A stretch of 64,000 nt of DNA. Source: a virus (taxonomy: Duplodnaviria; Caudoviricetes). The DNA is taken from the IMG/VR virus record IMGVR_UViG_3300025389_000011, one strand, 5' to 3'. Positions 15,922 to 26,672 of this stretch are shown here, in pieces. The notes under the pieces are model-generated. The model did not search any database, was not told the DNA's origin, and saw only the letters and a program-made list of their open reading frames with translations. Every line of letters starts with the position of its first letter. Position 1 is the stretch's first letter. The position numbers and the translations under genes were made by a program.

Positions 15922-16760
15922 TTGATATACTCTTTGGTTTTTTCTGCCCAATATTCGTGATGTATAGGTCCAAGATGACTTTTGTCTCTAGCCAAATCTT
16001 TTTCGATATCAGTTTCAGTATATTGTTTGTAAAATCTATCAAATACTCTACCAAATTGTGGTATAATTACTGCACTGGTTAAATCCATGTGTTTCAAAAA
16101 TTCGTATGTGTTACCGTCCCACGCTGAAAGATATATTTTGATATTTCTTTCTTTGGCAATTTTTTCTGCCAAATAAATATCATTCCTAAGGTTCTTGTAC
16201 ATATCTTCCTCAGGTGTACCTTTATACAATGATTCAACATCAACTTTGTATTTTTTTAACATAGGATCAGTAGATTGAGCTGATGACATATACAATATTT
16301 TATGTGTCTCTGCGTTAATTTTAGCTATCTGTAATCGCATATAGGGAGATAACACCAATATTGCATGTTTCATGGTTACATGTTTAGATATAATTAAAAA
16401 TAAATCTATGATACTTTTAGGTGACAATCCATTCATTGCAAAGTTCAAATGCGACATGTTTAATTGTTTAGCCAATAATGTATGCCACAACATGTCTACG
16501 GGTAATCCCAATCCTGCACAATAGCTACAACCAAAAATACCAATATCAGTTGTCGAAGGTATTTCATCGCTATCCATGCGAAATCCAAATTTATTATAGT
16601 TGTAATTAAATTTTGAATATTTCTTTTCCCATTCACTGGAAAATTTCATGTCATCGAGGCTAGCAAATTCAAGTTGAAATGAACTAGTCGCAGTTGTGTA
16701 AGAAGATACATCACTTATATTTTTTGAATCTAATAAATTCAATTTAGCTATACTTTTCAT
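15918..16760 (-). CDS. SGNH/GDSL-like hydrolase-fold protein
   Basis: YNKFGFR, IFGCSYCAGLG (block I), NFAMNGLS (block II), RDKSHLG (DxxH-like block V). Confidence 0.6.
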   Translation of the reverse strand: MKSIAKLNLLDSKNISDVSSYTTATSSFQLEFASLDDMKFSSEWEKKYSKFNYNYNKFGFRMDSDEIPSTTDIGIFGCSYCAGLGLPVDMLWHTLLAKQLNMSHLNFAMNGLSPKSIIDLFLIISKHVTMKHAILVLSPYMRLQIAKINAETHKILYMSSAQSTDPMLKKYKVDVESLYKGTPEEDMYKNLRNDIYLAEKIAKERNIKIYLSAWDGNTYEFLKHMDLTSAVIIPQFGRVFDRFYKQYTETDIEKDLARDKSHLGPIHHEYWAEKTKEYIK

Positions 16761-16783
16761 TTATAAATCCAATGTCATTGTTT

Positions 16784-16888
16784 TCATTTATAAATAAAAG
16801 GATCTCTTTTACGTAATTCTTTAATGCGTTTACGATAACGTAATTCCATTTTGATTTTATAGTATATATTTTTAATCCAACTAAACAT
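16784..16888 (-). CDS. 34-aa basic peptide (not in ORF track)
   Basis: MFSWIKNIYYKIKMELRYRKRIKELRKRDPFIYK*. Overlaps the stop of the upstream rSAM gene and fills the gap. Confidence 0.7.
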   Translation of the reverse strand: MFSWIKNIYYKIKMELRYRKRIKELRKRDPFIYK

Positions 16889-18155
16889 TTGTGTTCTCCT
16901 TGTTTATAGTGTCAATGATTTCTACAATGTCAGGGTAAATCTTTTTCCAATCTAGATTTCTTCTAACATCTAAATCATCTAAGAATCCATGTAAGTCGTT
17001 TACAGCTTTAACACTTACGGGAGTAGCCAACATTTGCTTTTTAATACCGGTTAATGAATTGATTTCCGGGCTATAATCTTTTTTATATTTATTAAGTGCT
17101 TCAATGGCTTTGTCTACATATGGCACCAAGTGCTTTCCAAAGTTATACGGGTTAAAGCAGTCAGGTCTAACCACTGTGTTCCAATTGAGGTTGGCAGTTT
17201 TATTTTTCAATATCCATTGACCACAGAACATGTCAATTAATTTATGCAATGCAGGTAATGTTACAGCAGTTAGTGTAGCATGTATTTGCAACACAACTCC
17301 CCAACTTTCTAACACGGTATTGATATTCTTTTCGCAATTTTCTAAGTTAAGACCATAACGTGCATACTCTAATTCTGGTCCCCAACAATCAATACTTGCA
17401 GTAATTTCAAAACGTTTTAATTTTTTAGCTTCTACTAATTTTTGAATTCTATTGATTTTTTCCTTGAACTTTTCAGGCTCATGATTTAGATTTGAAAAGA
17501 TACGCCAAATTAAATTTGGATTGTCATGTGTTTCAAAAAATTCTAAATGCTGTTCAAATTCTTTTTGATACATGGGCTCTCCACCCAATGTATTGTAAAT
17601 TACTAAATCTTTTGAGTTTTCATGCATCCATTCCCAGAATTGTTTTACATACTCATCATAGTTATCTCTGTCATCTGCTCTAAAGTTACTATAGTCATCA
17701 TTGAATTGGCTTTTACCATACTTACGTACTTCTTGTTCAATAACGCTACTAAAGCCGGGGGTACAATAAACGCATGATTGATTGCACACGTTGCTAAAGT
17801 ATACTTCCAACAGTCTAGGGTTTACGTTGATTTCTTTAGGGTTTGTTTCTAATTCATACGGAAGCAATTCAACTGATTTGTTTGCAAATCCAATTCTATC
17901 GCTTACCCCACCTGCTTGTTCAACATTGCGACAATATTCGCAACCGTTACCTGGCCATATACCTTCTAACATTTTTTCTCTATCACCTAATTTGCCCGGA
18001 TGATTATGAAAATCTTTTAGTGTATCTTTATTTAATTTCCAATGAAATCCACGATGGCAACTAGCAGTAGTTCCTCGATTTAAGAATAATGTGCTCCATG
18101 TCCATTTATATAGACATGCGGCATCGTTTACTATAGGGAATGTTTTTTTGTTCAT
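16881..18155 (-). CDS. Radical SAM protein, N-terminal twitch (CxxKW...SCH...CxxC type)
   Basis: CLYKW...SCH...CEYC, then CNQSCVYC and LGGEP. Confidence 0.9.
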   Translation of the reverse strand: MNKKTFPIVNDAACLYKWTWSTLFLNRGTTASCHRGFHWKLNKDTLKDFHNHPGKLGDREKMLEGIWPGNGCEYCRNVEQAGGVSDRIGFANKSVELLPYELETNPKEINVNPRLLEVYFSNVCNQSCVYCTPGFSSVIEQEVRKYGKSQFNDDYSNFRADDRDNYDEYVKQFWEWMHENSKDLVIYNTLGGEPMYQKEFEQHLEFFETHDNPNLIWRIFSNLNHEPEKFKEKINRIQKLVEAKKLKRFEITASIDCWGPELEYARYGLNLENCEKNINTVLESWGVVLQIHATLTAVTLPALHKLIDMFCGQWILKNKTANLNWNTVVRPDCFNPYNFGKHLVPYVDKAIEALNKYKKDYSPEINSLTGIKKQMLATPVSVKAVNDLHGFLDDLDVRRNLDWKKIYPDIVEIIDTINKENTNV

Positions 18156-18922
18156 ACTATATTTAAGGTTCTTTTAACCAATGGGAATAATTCTTGTCTG
18201 AAATACATTAAATGTCCGGCTTCATTAACATGATTGTCGATAAAATGATAATGGTTCCAATTGTGTTCAAAGTCCATACGCCCAGAAAAATCATACCTAG
18301 CTATATGTCTATATTGCAAATGTTTAAGTATTTCTAATTCTTTGAATTTAGTATTCATATCAGAATGTATTGTTTCGGGATTACACCATAAAAATTTTAT
18401 ATTTTTAGATGTTACAAACGAATAAGTTGCCAATGTTGACATTAAACTTTGATAATACATTATTGTGTCATTTGTAAGATATTTGTAAAACTGAACTCTT
18501 GCATTTCTATATTCATTATATGCGATTGGATATAATGGATTATTTATTTTATCCGGGTCATCGCCCCAAGCAGGGCACCACGGCACAATCATTTCAGGAT
18601 CTTTATACCCTGCTAAACTAAAACGATCCATGAATGTTCCATTAAATAACACCAATGCTATATCGTCATGTTGATTGATATAATCAACTGTGTCCTTGAA
18701 AATTCCAAATTGACTATTGCCCGGGCTTGCTAAATTAACTACATTATAATATGGTAACTGTTGATTTAATAATGTTGCCCAGCAGTATTCGCTAGAAGGG
18801 TCATTGGGATATTCAAAGGGTTTACCTAAATGAGTTTTTGTTTTCTCATCAAAATAATATATTCTATCCTTACAACCTTGACCATATGTATAGCTATCCC
18901 CTACTACTAATATTGTACTCAT
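18152..18922 (-). CDS. SGNH/GDSL-like protein
   Basis: VVGDSYTYGQG, NLASPGNS, DNHVNEAGH. Confidence 0.7.
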   Translation of the reverse strand: MSTILVVGDSYTYGQGCKDRIYYFDEKTKTHLGKPFEYPNDPSSEYCWATLLNQQLPYYNVVNLASPGNSQFGIFKDTVDYINQHDDIALVLFNGTFMDRFSLAGYKDPEMIVPWCPAWGDDPDKINNPLYPIAYNEYRNARVQFYKYLTNDTIMYYQSLMSTLATYSFVTSKNIKFLWCNPETIHSDMNTKFKELEILKHLQYRHIARYDFSGRMDFEHNWNHYHFIDNHVNEAGHLMYFRQELFPLVKRTLNIV

Positions 18923-19674
18923 TAACTAATTCCTAACTGTTTCATAAAGGGCATTATAACTCTATCAAAATAAATTTTATGTCCTGTGTCATTGCAATGT
19001 CCATCAGGCTGATAACATGTTTTATTAAATTCTTCATTTTCTCTTCCTGAAAAATCATACCTAAATATATGAGGGAAATAGTTAGGTACTAGTTTTGATA
19101 TTTTGTACTTTAGTTTAGAATAATCAACGCCAACCAGAGGCATAGACCAAGCAAATTGTGCGTTACATGCTTTGGCTACCCCATATATTCCCATGATACT
19201 GGTAAATGCATTTTGTAGACCAATACTATCATTATACAAGTATTTTGCATACATCATTTTTGCAGTACTATAATCTTTAGGATCATTGTCTCTGTAAAAA
19301 GAACCATCAAATTTGATAGACCAAGTTACTGGATCTTCTGGATTAAGATAGCTTGCCACTTCAATTCTGTCCATAAAAGCTCCGGCCGCTACAATTAAAT
19401 AGTCTGAATTTATATTGCTACTGGCATGTAGTGTCATTAAATCTCTAAACATTCCTGAATATGAATGTCCCGGTTTACTTGCATTTATTACCAATGCATT
19501 GTTAATATTGTTTTGTAACAAAGAACCCCAGCAATAATTGCTAGGTTTCAAGTGAAAGTCGGATGCCATACTTCCCACCCATACTTTCTTTTCAATATCA
19601 AAGTAATAATTTTTGTCTGAGCACCCATGTCCAAATGTAAAACTATCACCTAGCAGTATAATTCGTTTTATCAT
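18922..19674 (-). CDS. SGNH/GDSL-like protein (paralog of 18152-18922)
   Basis: LLGDSFTFGHGC, NASKPGHS, DGHCNDTGH. Shares GxGCxDxxYYFD and RYDFSGR with its neighbour. Confidence 0.7.
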   Translation of the reverse strand: MIKRIILLGDSFTFGHGCSDKNYYFDIEKKVWVGSMASDFHLKPSNYCWGSLLQNNINNALVINASKPGHSYSGMFRDLMTLHASSNINSDYLIVAAGAFMDRIEVASYLNPEDPVTWSIKFDGSFYRDNDPKDYSTAKMMYAKYLYNDSIGLQNAFTSIMGIYGVAKACNAQFAWSMPLVGVDYSKLKYKISKLVPNYFPHIFRYDFSGRENEEFNKTCYQPDGHCNDTGHKIYFDRVIMPFMKQLGIS

Positions 19675-19675
19675 T

Positions 19676-20428
19676 TCAATCTTTTTTGTCTAAATCTGTG
19701 GAGTATCTTTCGATAATTTCTTTGTTCTTGCAAGTAAGTTCAGGATTTTTATACAAGTCAATAATTTCAGGATATAGTTCCCAACACTCAGAAATTATTT
19801 TAGCAAAAATCATGTTTCTTTCTTTAGATAAATGACACCAACGATTGTCAACACGATTCATATTGGGCAATTCATTTCTACTTACTGATATTAAATTGTA
19901 TAAACATGGACCATGACGGTTATCTAAGTTGGTACTTAAATGTTTGTCTCTACGGTCTTCAAATGTTAACACATTTACTAATTTAATATTTTTGTTTCTG
20001 CATATATCATTTACATCATTGAAGATTTTTTGTTTTACCCAAACATCAAACTCAGTATCTATATTTATAGCACGACCAGTAAGAATTCTTACCATTTCAA
20101 GTTCTTGTTCAATTGTTAATTCTTTGTTTCTGCGTGTTTCATATAACTCATCGGGAGTGTTTAAGAAATGTAATCCTTCACAACCATGTGGCAAATGATG
20201 TATACGATGCAATGAAGAATGCATGAACACAATGTGGTCAAATTGGTCATGATGTGCTAAAAATTGCTGATATGCATACCACGTGCTGGTACCTGTTTTA
20301 CCATAAGTGGTTATCTTGTTTCCACCTTCTTCAATAAATCTAATCCAAGATTCGTCTTCCTTAAAGGGACTATCAGGATTGTGCGGAGCTCTATCCGCAA
20401 AACTATCTCCAAATACACCTATTCTCAT
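19676..20428 (-). CDS. SGNH/GDSL-like protein
   Basis: GVFGDSFA, YGKTGTS, RWCHLS. Confidence 0.6.
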   Translation of the reverse strand: MRIGVFGDSFADRAPHNPDSPFKEDESWIRFIEEGGNKITTYGKTGTSTWYAYQQFLAHHDQFDHIVFMHSSLHRIHHLPHGCEGLHFLNTPDELYETRRNKELTIEQELEMVRILTGRAINIDTEFDVWVKQKIFNDVNDICRNKNIKLVNVLTFEDRRDKHLSTNLDNRHGPCLYNLISVSRNELPNMNRVDNRWCHLSKERNMIFAKIISECWELYPEIIDLYKNPELTCKNKEIIERYSTDLDKKD

Positions 20429-20431
20429 ATA

Positions 20432-21628
20432 TCATCCTTTTTTGATTACTTTATTTACATATAACTTGTCCATGGCAGATTTTTTACCACATGTTTCTAA
20501 ACAGAATAACAATTTACCACCTTCAATAGTTGGTCTACTCCATCCATCTAAAAAGAATTTTTGAAAGTAAGGACCGTTTAATACTTCTACCATATTATAT
20601 ACTTTCAAATCAAATTTATCAAGCCCATATTCTCTAATCAATGTGTTAAACTGAAAACGTGAATATGAACTATGAAATTGACCAAATACTCCACCCAAGA
20701 AACAACAAGGTAACATATACCCATTGGCTGATATGTATACTTCACCATGTTCAGGGTGTTCAATTGATTTACACGCTATGCCATCATTTTCTAAACTTTT
20801 ACCAAACTCGCTAATAATAGGTATATGTCTATCTTGTGCAGTACTTAATACACCTTTACTAAAATCAACTTTGTAACCTAAAGGCGGAGTATAAACTTCT
20901 TCTTTAGAAAAACTAGCATTTGCAGGCCAAATACTGTACTCGAAATATCCTTCTTTGTCATAAACATTAATAGGAGTTGGTTTGTCATCGTATTCACCAA
21001 AACCTAAAGGATTTTTCATTGAGAATATAAATCCCAACTCTTTTGCCAACTTTTGTGCTTCTTCTACTTGATGTTTATTGTGGTCAAATAACAGCCATTC
21101 CCATATTGCTTTGGCCCCGGTAGCACTATATGCTCTCATGTTAGCAATAACTTTTTCCCACTTGACCCCTCTGCGATAAATGTGATTTGTGTCTTCTAGT
21201 CCATCAACACTAAACACAACACCCGGTTGGTTAAACAAGTGATTGTCCCAAAATTTGGGAGTACGGTTTTGTTGTTCCGCAAAAAACTCACCCATGCTAG
21301 TCCAAAACTCAGTATTACGCATACCACCATTGGTTCTTACTTGTTGTATAACTTTACTTGAATGCTCTGAAAAATATTTCATGATTGGTAACAAGTCAGG
21401 AGCCATTCCAGGATCTCCAACATTACCGCAATAATTAATTCCAATTAAGTTTTGTGCTATCTCTACCGGAACCATTCTTTTAATATCTTCAAGCGATAGT
21501 TCTGTAAGTTCTAAGTCTGGTACTACTGCACCACCAGAAAAATTTCTACTACATGCCGGGCAACTGGCATTGCATCTACTTGATAACTCAATGTGCAGTC
21601 TTGCCACTTTATGATACATCTTATCCAT
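20432..21628 (-). CDS. Radical SAM protein with C-terminal SPASM/twitch-like domain
   Basis: CNASCPAC near the N-terminus, CGNVGDP, C-terminal ACKS...YISANGYMLPCC...CLETC. Confidence 0.9.
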   Translation of the reverse strand: MDKMYHKVARLHIELSSRCNASCPACSRNFSGGAVVPDLELTELSLEDIKRMVPVEIAQNLIGINYCGNVGDPGMAPDLLPIMKYFSEHSSKVIQQVRTNGGMRNTEFWTSMGEFFAEQQNRTPKFWDNHLFNQPGVVFSVDGLEDTNHIYRRGVKWEKVIANMRAYSATGAKAIWEWLLFDHNKHQVEEAQKLAKELGFIFSMKNPLGFGEYDDKPTPINVYDKEGYFEYSIWPANASFSKEEVYTPPLGYKVDFSKGVLSTAQDRHIPIISEFGKSLENDGIACKSIEHPEHGEVYISANGYMLPCCFLGGVFGQFHSSYSRFQFNTLIREYGLDKFDLKVYNMVEVLNGPYFQKFFLDGWSRPTIEGGKLLFCLETCGKKSAMDKLYVNKVIKKG

Positions 21629-22881
21629 TATTTTTTTCCTATATATTTTGCTAAATTGTCCGGTTTATTTCTACGCTTAGTGTACTGTTCAAAAAAGATA
21701 TCACTATCAACACGCAATTGTTGTTGATTTTCTTTCACTAAACCACTATCTAACATAGTTAATAATCTGTTGCAATGTTCTTGTTCAACAGGTAACAAAT
21801 CATTACTAATACTATCGTAAAATTTTGTATACTTGTCAATATAAAAATCACGTTCTTGTCGTGTTAGGCAACCAAAACCTTGAAAGTCTGGCTTGTCAAC
21901 CATGTTAATTGATATATAAGGTTTTACTTTGGTACGCTTACGTATGTCAATAATATCCAAATACATTTGATCCAAACTCTGTAACGCAATTGCGCTTACT
22001 GTGGTGCTGATTGTAAATTCTTTAACTGTACTGTTACCTAGTCTTTCTACATTTTCTAACCATTCACTATATACCATACCCTCACGAATAAACTCCGCAG
22101 TTTCTCCTGCGCTTTCATTACTGATATTCATGCGTAAGTTTGTAAGTTTACTAATCTTGTCAAAAAATCTGTCCATAACAACGGGCTTTTGACATAAGTT
22201 ACTGTGTATCACGCATTCAATGTGTGGGTTCATTTGTGTCATCATTTCAAACACACGAAACACTTCTTCATGCATTAAGGGTTCGCCACCACTAACACGT
22301 ATGCTTTCTAGTCCATCTGCAACGGTAGTGAACCAATCCCAAAACAAATTCATATCGGGAGGGTCAATCATTTGTTGTATCTCAGCAATATCTTTTTGAT
22401 AATGTCTGCGGTCGTCAGTTGTAATGTCCTGATAGACTCCTTGATTTCTAATATCATTCATCCATGCTGTACTGAACTGCGGACTGCAATAGCTACATGC
22501 TAAGTTACATGTATTCTGAAATGCTAATTCTAATGCTTTGGGCTTGAATACGTAGTTAGGATTTTTATAATCATCTGCACTTAGATGGTCTTTGAAACTT
22601 AAACTTTTACGTGTTCTGTCACTACGCAAGCCTAAGTTTTCATAATGCCAACAGCTATTACATGCAGGAGGTTGTTCACCTGCTAACATACGCTTTTGTT
22701 GTTCACGTTTTTCAGCAGGATTATAAAATGTATCTACTGTGTTGCCCACTTGAATAAAGGGAGTATAATGACAACTTGCTATTTTACCCGAGTATACCCA
22801 AATACTTGCTTCATGGAACTTAGCCAAACACATTGTTGGACTGGTTTCATCACGTATCTTGAAAAGTTTTTTCTCATCCAT
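21628..22881 (-). CDS. N-twitch radical SAM protein
   Basis: CLAKF...SCH...CNSC; CNLACSYC; VSGGEP. Confidence 0.9.
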   Translation of the reverse strand: MDEKKLFKIRDETSPTMCLAKFHEASIWVYSGKIASCHYTPFIQVGNTVDTFYNPAEKREQQKRMLAGEQPPACNSCWHYENLGLRSDRTRKSLSFKDHLSADDYKNPNYVFKPKALELAFQNTCNLACSYCSPQFSTAWMNDIRNQGVYQDITTDDRRHYQKDIAEIQQMIDPPDMNLFWDWFTTVADGLESIRVSGGEPLMHEEVFRVFEMMTQMNPHIECVIHSNLCQKPVVMDRFFDKISKLTNLRMNISNESAGETAEFIREGMVYSEWLENVERLGNSTVKEFTISTTVSAIALQSLDQMYLDIIDIRKRTKVKPYISINMVDKPDFQGFGCLTRQERDFYIDKYTKFYDSISNDLLPVEQEHCNRLLTMLDSGLVKENQQQLRVDSDIFFEQYTKRRNKPDNLAKYIGKK

Positions 22882-24224
22882 TATAATACCTTGATTTTAT
22901 TGTACTGTTCTTTTTGCAATGTTACGTTTAAGTTGTTGTGTATAATATAATTTTTCATATTGATATGTTCTGGATAAACATCAAAAAAACTTTGACTGCG
23001 AATATCATCTAGTTTTGTTGTGATATGCCAAAAGTCTCTAAGACTTTCATCAATACCCGCATGGTATTTTGATGTATCCGACCACATAAATTTAATTGCA
23101 GTATCATACATACTTACCACATGTTCGCAGTTACCAAAAGTTTTTAGCCACTCAATGTTTTCATTTAGTTTGATTTCAATTTCACGCTTTTTCCAATCAG
23201 GAATATTCTTCAAACAATAATAGGGAGGAGTATCTAATGGATTAACCATGATTTTATCAGGTTGAATATATCCCAATTCAGTCCATTCTCTATGAAACTC
23301 TACCAAGTTAAATGCATTAGGCCAACTTAATGTATATGCTATACTAAAGTTAACGTGCGGAGTTTGTTCCATCATGCGTTTACGATTTTCTACAACTTGT
23401 TTCCAATCTGTGCCATTACGCCAGTATTCGGCTTTTTCATGACTGCCATCTAAACTTGCATATACATTTACGTCTTTGAACTTTTTCCAATACTCTAACA
23501 CATTATCAAAATTCTTTAACTTGAAATTAGTAAAGTTTGTGTTGTATCTGATAGTAATATCTGTGTTGCCAAACTCAATCAATTTATCTAAAATTTGATA
23601 GTGTTCTTTTTGCATCAATGGCTCACCACCTGCAAAGTAAATGCACTTAGCTGTTGCTAAGTGTGGTAATGTTTCTAAAAATGCTTGTTCTTCAGTTTTA
23701 CCTGGATATTGAAATCCATCGTCTTTGTCTCTGCGCTCAACCAAATTGTATAGTTTTCTATGGTCTAATATCCATCCAGTGCTATAGTGAGGGGCACAAC
23801 TACGGCAACTTAAATTACATAGGTTATTAAATCGTACATCAATGTAATACAATTTATGTTCATCTAATGAACCATCAGGGTTAGTACTTGCTACAATATC
23901 TTGTATGTCTTTGCTTTTTTCAAAAAACAATTTGTTGTATTCATTCTTGTGTGCGTAATCAATTTCCGCACGTTGGTTACATATGTGACAATTGGGTTCT
24001 TCAATGCCGTTTAAGAAATCTAAACGCATTTTTTTCATTTTGTCATTGTTCCATATTTCTTCTAATGTGTTTTCTTTAAGACTACCCACTTGTTCATTGT
24101 GGCTATACACACAGCAAGGTTTAACATCACCTGGTGGACCTACATATTGATGAATCCATGGAAAGATACAAAATGTTTTACTTGTTTTAGCTAATGCTAA
24201 TGGATCAAACGTTTGATTGGACAT
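22881..24224 (-). CDS. N-twitch radical SAM protein
   Basis: CIFPW...KPCC...CHIC; CNLSCRSC; FAGGEP. Confidence 0.9.
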   Translation of the reverse strand: MSNQTFDPLALAKTSKTFCIFPWIHQYVGPPGDVKPCCVYSHNEQVGSLKENTLEEIWNNDKMKKMRLDFLNGIEEPNCHICNQRAEIDYAHKNEYNKLFFEKSKDIQDIVASTNPDGSLDEHKLYYIDVRFNNLCNLSCRSCAPHYSTGWILDHRKLYNLVERRDKDDGFQYPGKTEEQAFLETLPHLATAKCIYFAGGEPLMQKEHYQILDKLIEFGNTDITIRYNTNFTNFKLKNFDNVLEYWKKFKDVNVYASLDGSHEKAEYWRNGTDWKQVVENRKRMMEQTPHVNFSIAYTLSWPNAFNLVEFHREWTELGYIQPDKIMVNPLDTPPYYCLKNIPDWKKREIEIKLNENIEWLKTFGNCEHVVSMYDTAIKFMWSDTSKYHAGIDESLRDFWHITTKLDDIRSQSFFDVYPEHINMKNYIIHNNLNVTLQKEQYNKIKVL

Positions 24225-25521
24225 AATTTGTTATTTTTTCATACATATAGGGAAATACATCGCTGAACTTTTCATTTCTAACATTATCTAATAGTTCAGT
24301 TTCGTGTAAGAATTTTTTCAACATTTCTTTATCACTTGGTTGACTATTCATTAATATGATAGCATTTTCCCAATGACTTATTGATTGGTCATATGTAAAA
24401 TTCTTTTCTTGTGTTTCTTCTAACCATTTTAAATGATTTTTAATTTTTTCTGTTACTTCTTGTTTAACATCAGGAGGCAATATATTGGTTCTGAAATGTT
24501 GTGGGTAATGTAATGTGTTCAAATAAAACCCAAACTTATCAAACAATTTATTCTCACACATGTATCTATGCAAATCAACTGCTTGGTAACAATTTAATAA
24601 ACTATATACTGCGGTGATGCCATAATCTTTATTAGGCAAATATTCTTTAGCGGTCTTGATCCATTCAAGTGCAACGTTCCAATCAAAACCTTTACGTATA
24701 TATTCACCTTCTGCGCCCATTGCATCAACACTACCCACAATAAACACATTGTCAAACTTCTGTAGTAACTCAAATGCATTATCGTCTTTAAGTGTATATG
24801 TTGTAAGATTGGTATTGTAACGTATCTTAACATCAGTTTTGTTTTTAGCAATCAATAATTTTAAGAAATCATAGTGGTCTTGTTGCAACATAACCTCACC
24901 ACCGCTAAAGTGTACTTCAGTATATGTATCAATGATATTAACCAGTTCTTCTAAATCTGTGTGTACATTTTCTGAATCATTGCTTAACAATCTTGAGTTT
25001 GTGGTAAAATGATGACGACCTAATTTAATTTCATCAGGAATCCAAGCTGTGCTACAACGTGTACCACAACTACGGCATTTCAAATTACACAAGTTATTAA
25101 AGATTAAATCAACTGTTGAGATTTTTAAATCATTATCAACTGTGCCATCTGTGTCACTATGCTTTAATATGTCTTCTAATTTGTTGGCATTGGTTTGACT
25201 TAATGCATCAGGGAATCGTGAATAGCGTTCATTAAATCTTTCACGCATACTAACAATACCACTATCCTCTTCGCTCCAACATTTAGTGCAAGGTTCAGGC
25301 TTTTTACCATCTAAAAAGTCCTTACGTAACTGATTCCATTTGTCATTGTGAAATGTATCAATCAATGTACTGTTGTTCCAATTGCCTAATACATTGTCTT
25401 TGGTATGTGCAGGATTATAATAACAGCATGGTGTTATCTCTCCGTCTGGTTCTGTATGTATTTGTAGCCAAGGTAGACTGCAAAATGTTTTTGGTAATTG
25501 TTCTACTGTTAAATTAATCAT
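24205..25521 (-). CDS. N-twitch radical SAM protein
   Basis: CSLPW...TPCC...CTKC; CNLKCRSC; FSGGEV. Confidence 0.9.
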   Translation of the reverse strand: MINLTVEQLPKTFCSLPWLQIHTEPDGEITPCCYYNPAHTKDNVLGNWNNSTLIDTFHNDKWNQLRKDFLDGKKPEPCTKCWSEEDSGIVSMRERFNERYSRFPDALSQTNANKLEDILKHSDTDGTVDNDLKISTVDLIFNNLCNLKCRSCGTRCSTAWIPDEIKLGRHHFTTNSRLLSNDSENVHTDLEELVNIIDTYTEVHFSGGEVMLQQDHYDFLKLLIAKNKTDVKIRYNTNLTTYTLKDDNAFELLQKFDNVFIVGSVDAMGAEGEYIRKGFDWNVALEWIKTAKEYLPNKDYGITAVYSLLNCYQAVDLHRYMCENKLFDKFGFYLNTLHYPQHFRTNILPPDVKQEVTEKIKNHLKWLEETQEKNFTYDQSISHWENAIILMNSQPSDKEMLKKFLHETELLDNVRNEKFSDVFPYMYEKITNYVQSNV

Positions 25522-26671
25522 GTTTTATAAATTCAATTATTTGGTTAAACGCATTTTGGTATGTTGTATTTCTTAAGATATCTATATTATTTAAAGTATC
25601 TATTGCTATATCAAATTTTCGTGTATCAAAATCTTTTGGCACAGAATAATCCATATGTTGTTTAAATATTTCTATACCACGTAGTATAGTTTTGTTGGTT
25701 ATGTTGGGATTTATACCATTAATAACATATTCACATATTTGTCGTTTGTTGTCAGAAGATAATATGTCAACAGAATAATAATTAGGACCAATTAATTTAG
25801 TTACCAATAAATCTGATAATTTTGGATAATCCGTACTTATCCAATTAATAAATTCTTTGAAATTACTAGAGTTCATCCATGACAATGTATAATTAAAACC
25901 AAAAGTCATGTTTGATGCATTGGTATAATATTGATAAAAATAATCAATTGTTTCTTTAGTTGATTGATAATTTGCACCAGACCTAATATATTCAAATACA
26001 TTATCTGTACCGTCTATACTTAATTGAATACCCACCATGCTGAATTTGTTTAGGTATTTTTGTATGTTTTCACATTTGGTTGTTCCATTGGTTGTGATAA
26101 CTATCACAGTATTCTTTGCATAAGGCTGTTCTGCTAACCAATCAATAAACTCTAGTACCATTGGGTTAATCAATGGTTCACCGCCTAACACTTCAAATCT
26201 AAATTCTTCAAAATCACGTTCTGCCAGTAATTGTTTAATAAAGTCAATTTTTTCAGGTGCCGGACTCTTTATTACTTTATTAAACCATTTTATATCTTTA
26301 CCTTCTATTTGTAGTTTTTCTGCGGCAATACGTGTGCTATTTTCAGGTATACATGTAATGCATTTTAAATTGCATAAGTTATCAAACGATGCAGTAACAA
26401 CCAATACTTTATCCGAACGTATGCTATCCTTAAAGGATGTTCTTAGACTCCATGGACCTGATTTCTCCATGTCAATACATCCTTTACAATTGGTTTCAAT
26501 ATCACACTCAGCTAATTGAGAATAAAAATCATTAGGTGTTTTAGCTTCAATGCTAGATTTGAACCAACAGCAAGGTTTATATACTTTTGCTGATTCAATC
26601 TGACTAGCATTGGCAATAAAAATCCATTGCTTATGTGCAGAGCATTCTTTATAAGGTGTTAAATCAATCAT
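25514..26671 (-). CDS. N-twitch radical SAM protein (short twitch)
   Basis: ECSA...KPCCWF...CKGC; CNLKCITC; LGGEP. Confidence 0.88.
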   Translation of the reverse strand: MIDLTPYKECSAHKQWIFIANASQIESAKVYKPCCWFKSSIEAKTPNDFYSQLAECDIETNCKGCIDMEKSGPWSLRTSFKDSIRSDKVLVVTASFDNLCNLKCITCIPENSTRIAAEKLQIEGKDIKWFNKVIKSPAPEKIDFIKQLLAERDFEEFRFEVLGGEPLINPMVLEFIDWLAEQPYAKNTVIVITTNGTTKCENIQKYLNKFSMVGIQLSIDGTDNVFEYIRSGANYQSTKETIDYFYQYYTNASNMTFGFNYTLSWMNSSNFKEFINWISTDYPKLSDLLVTKLIGPNYYSVDILSSDNKRQICEYVINGINPNITNKTILRGIEIFKQHMDYSVPKDFDTRKFDIAIDTLNNIDILRNTTYQNAFNQIIEFIKHD

Positions 26672-26672
26672 T

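Noticed and set aside
15922-15951. Longer start for the carbamoyltransferase
   Set aside because: The family N-terminus begins at MNYIGIS (15921), which forms an ATGA overlap.
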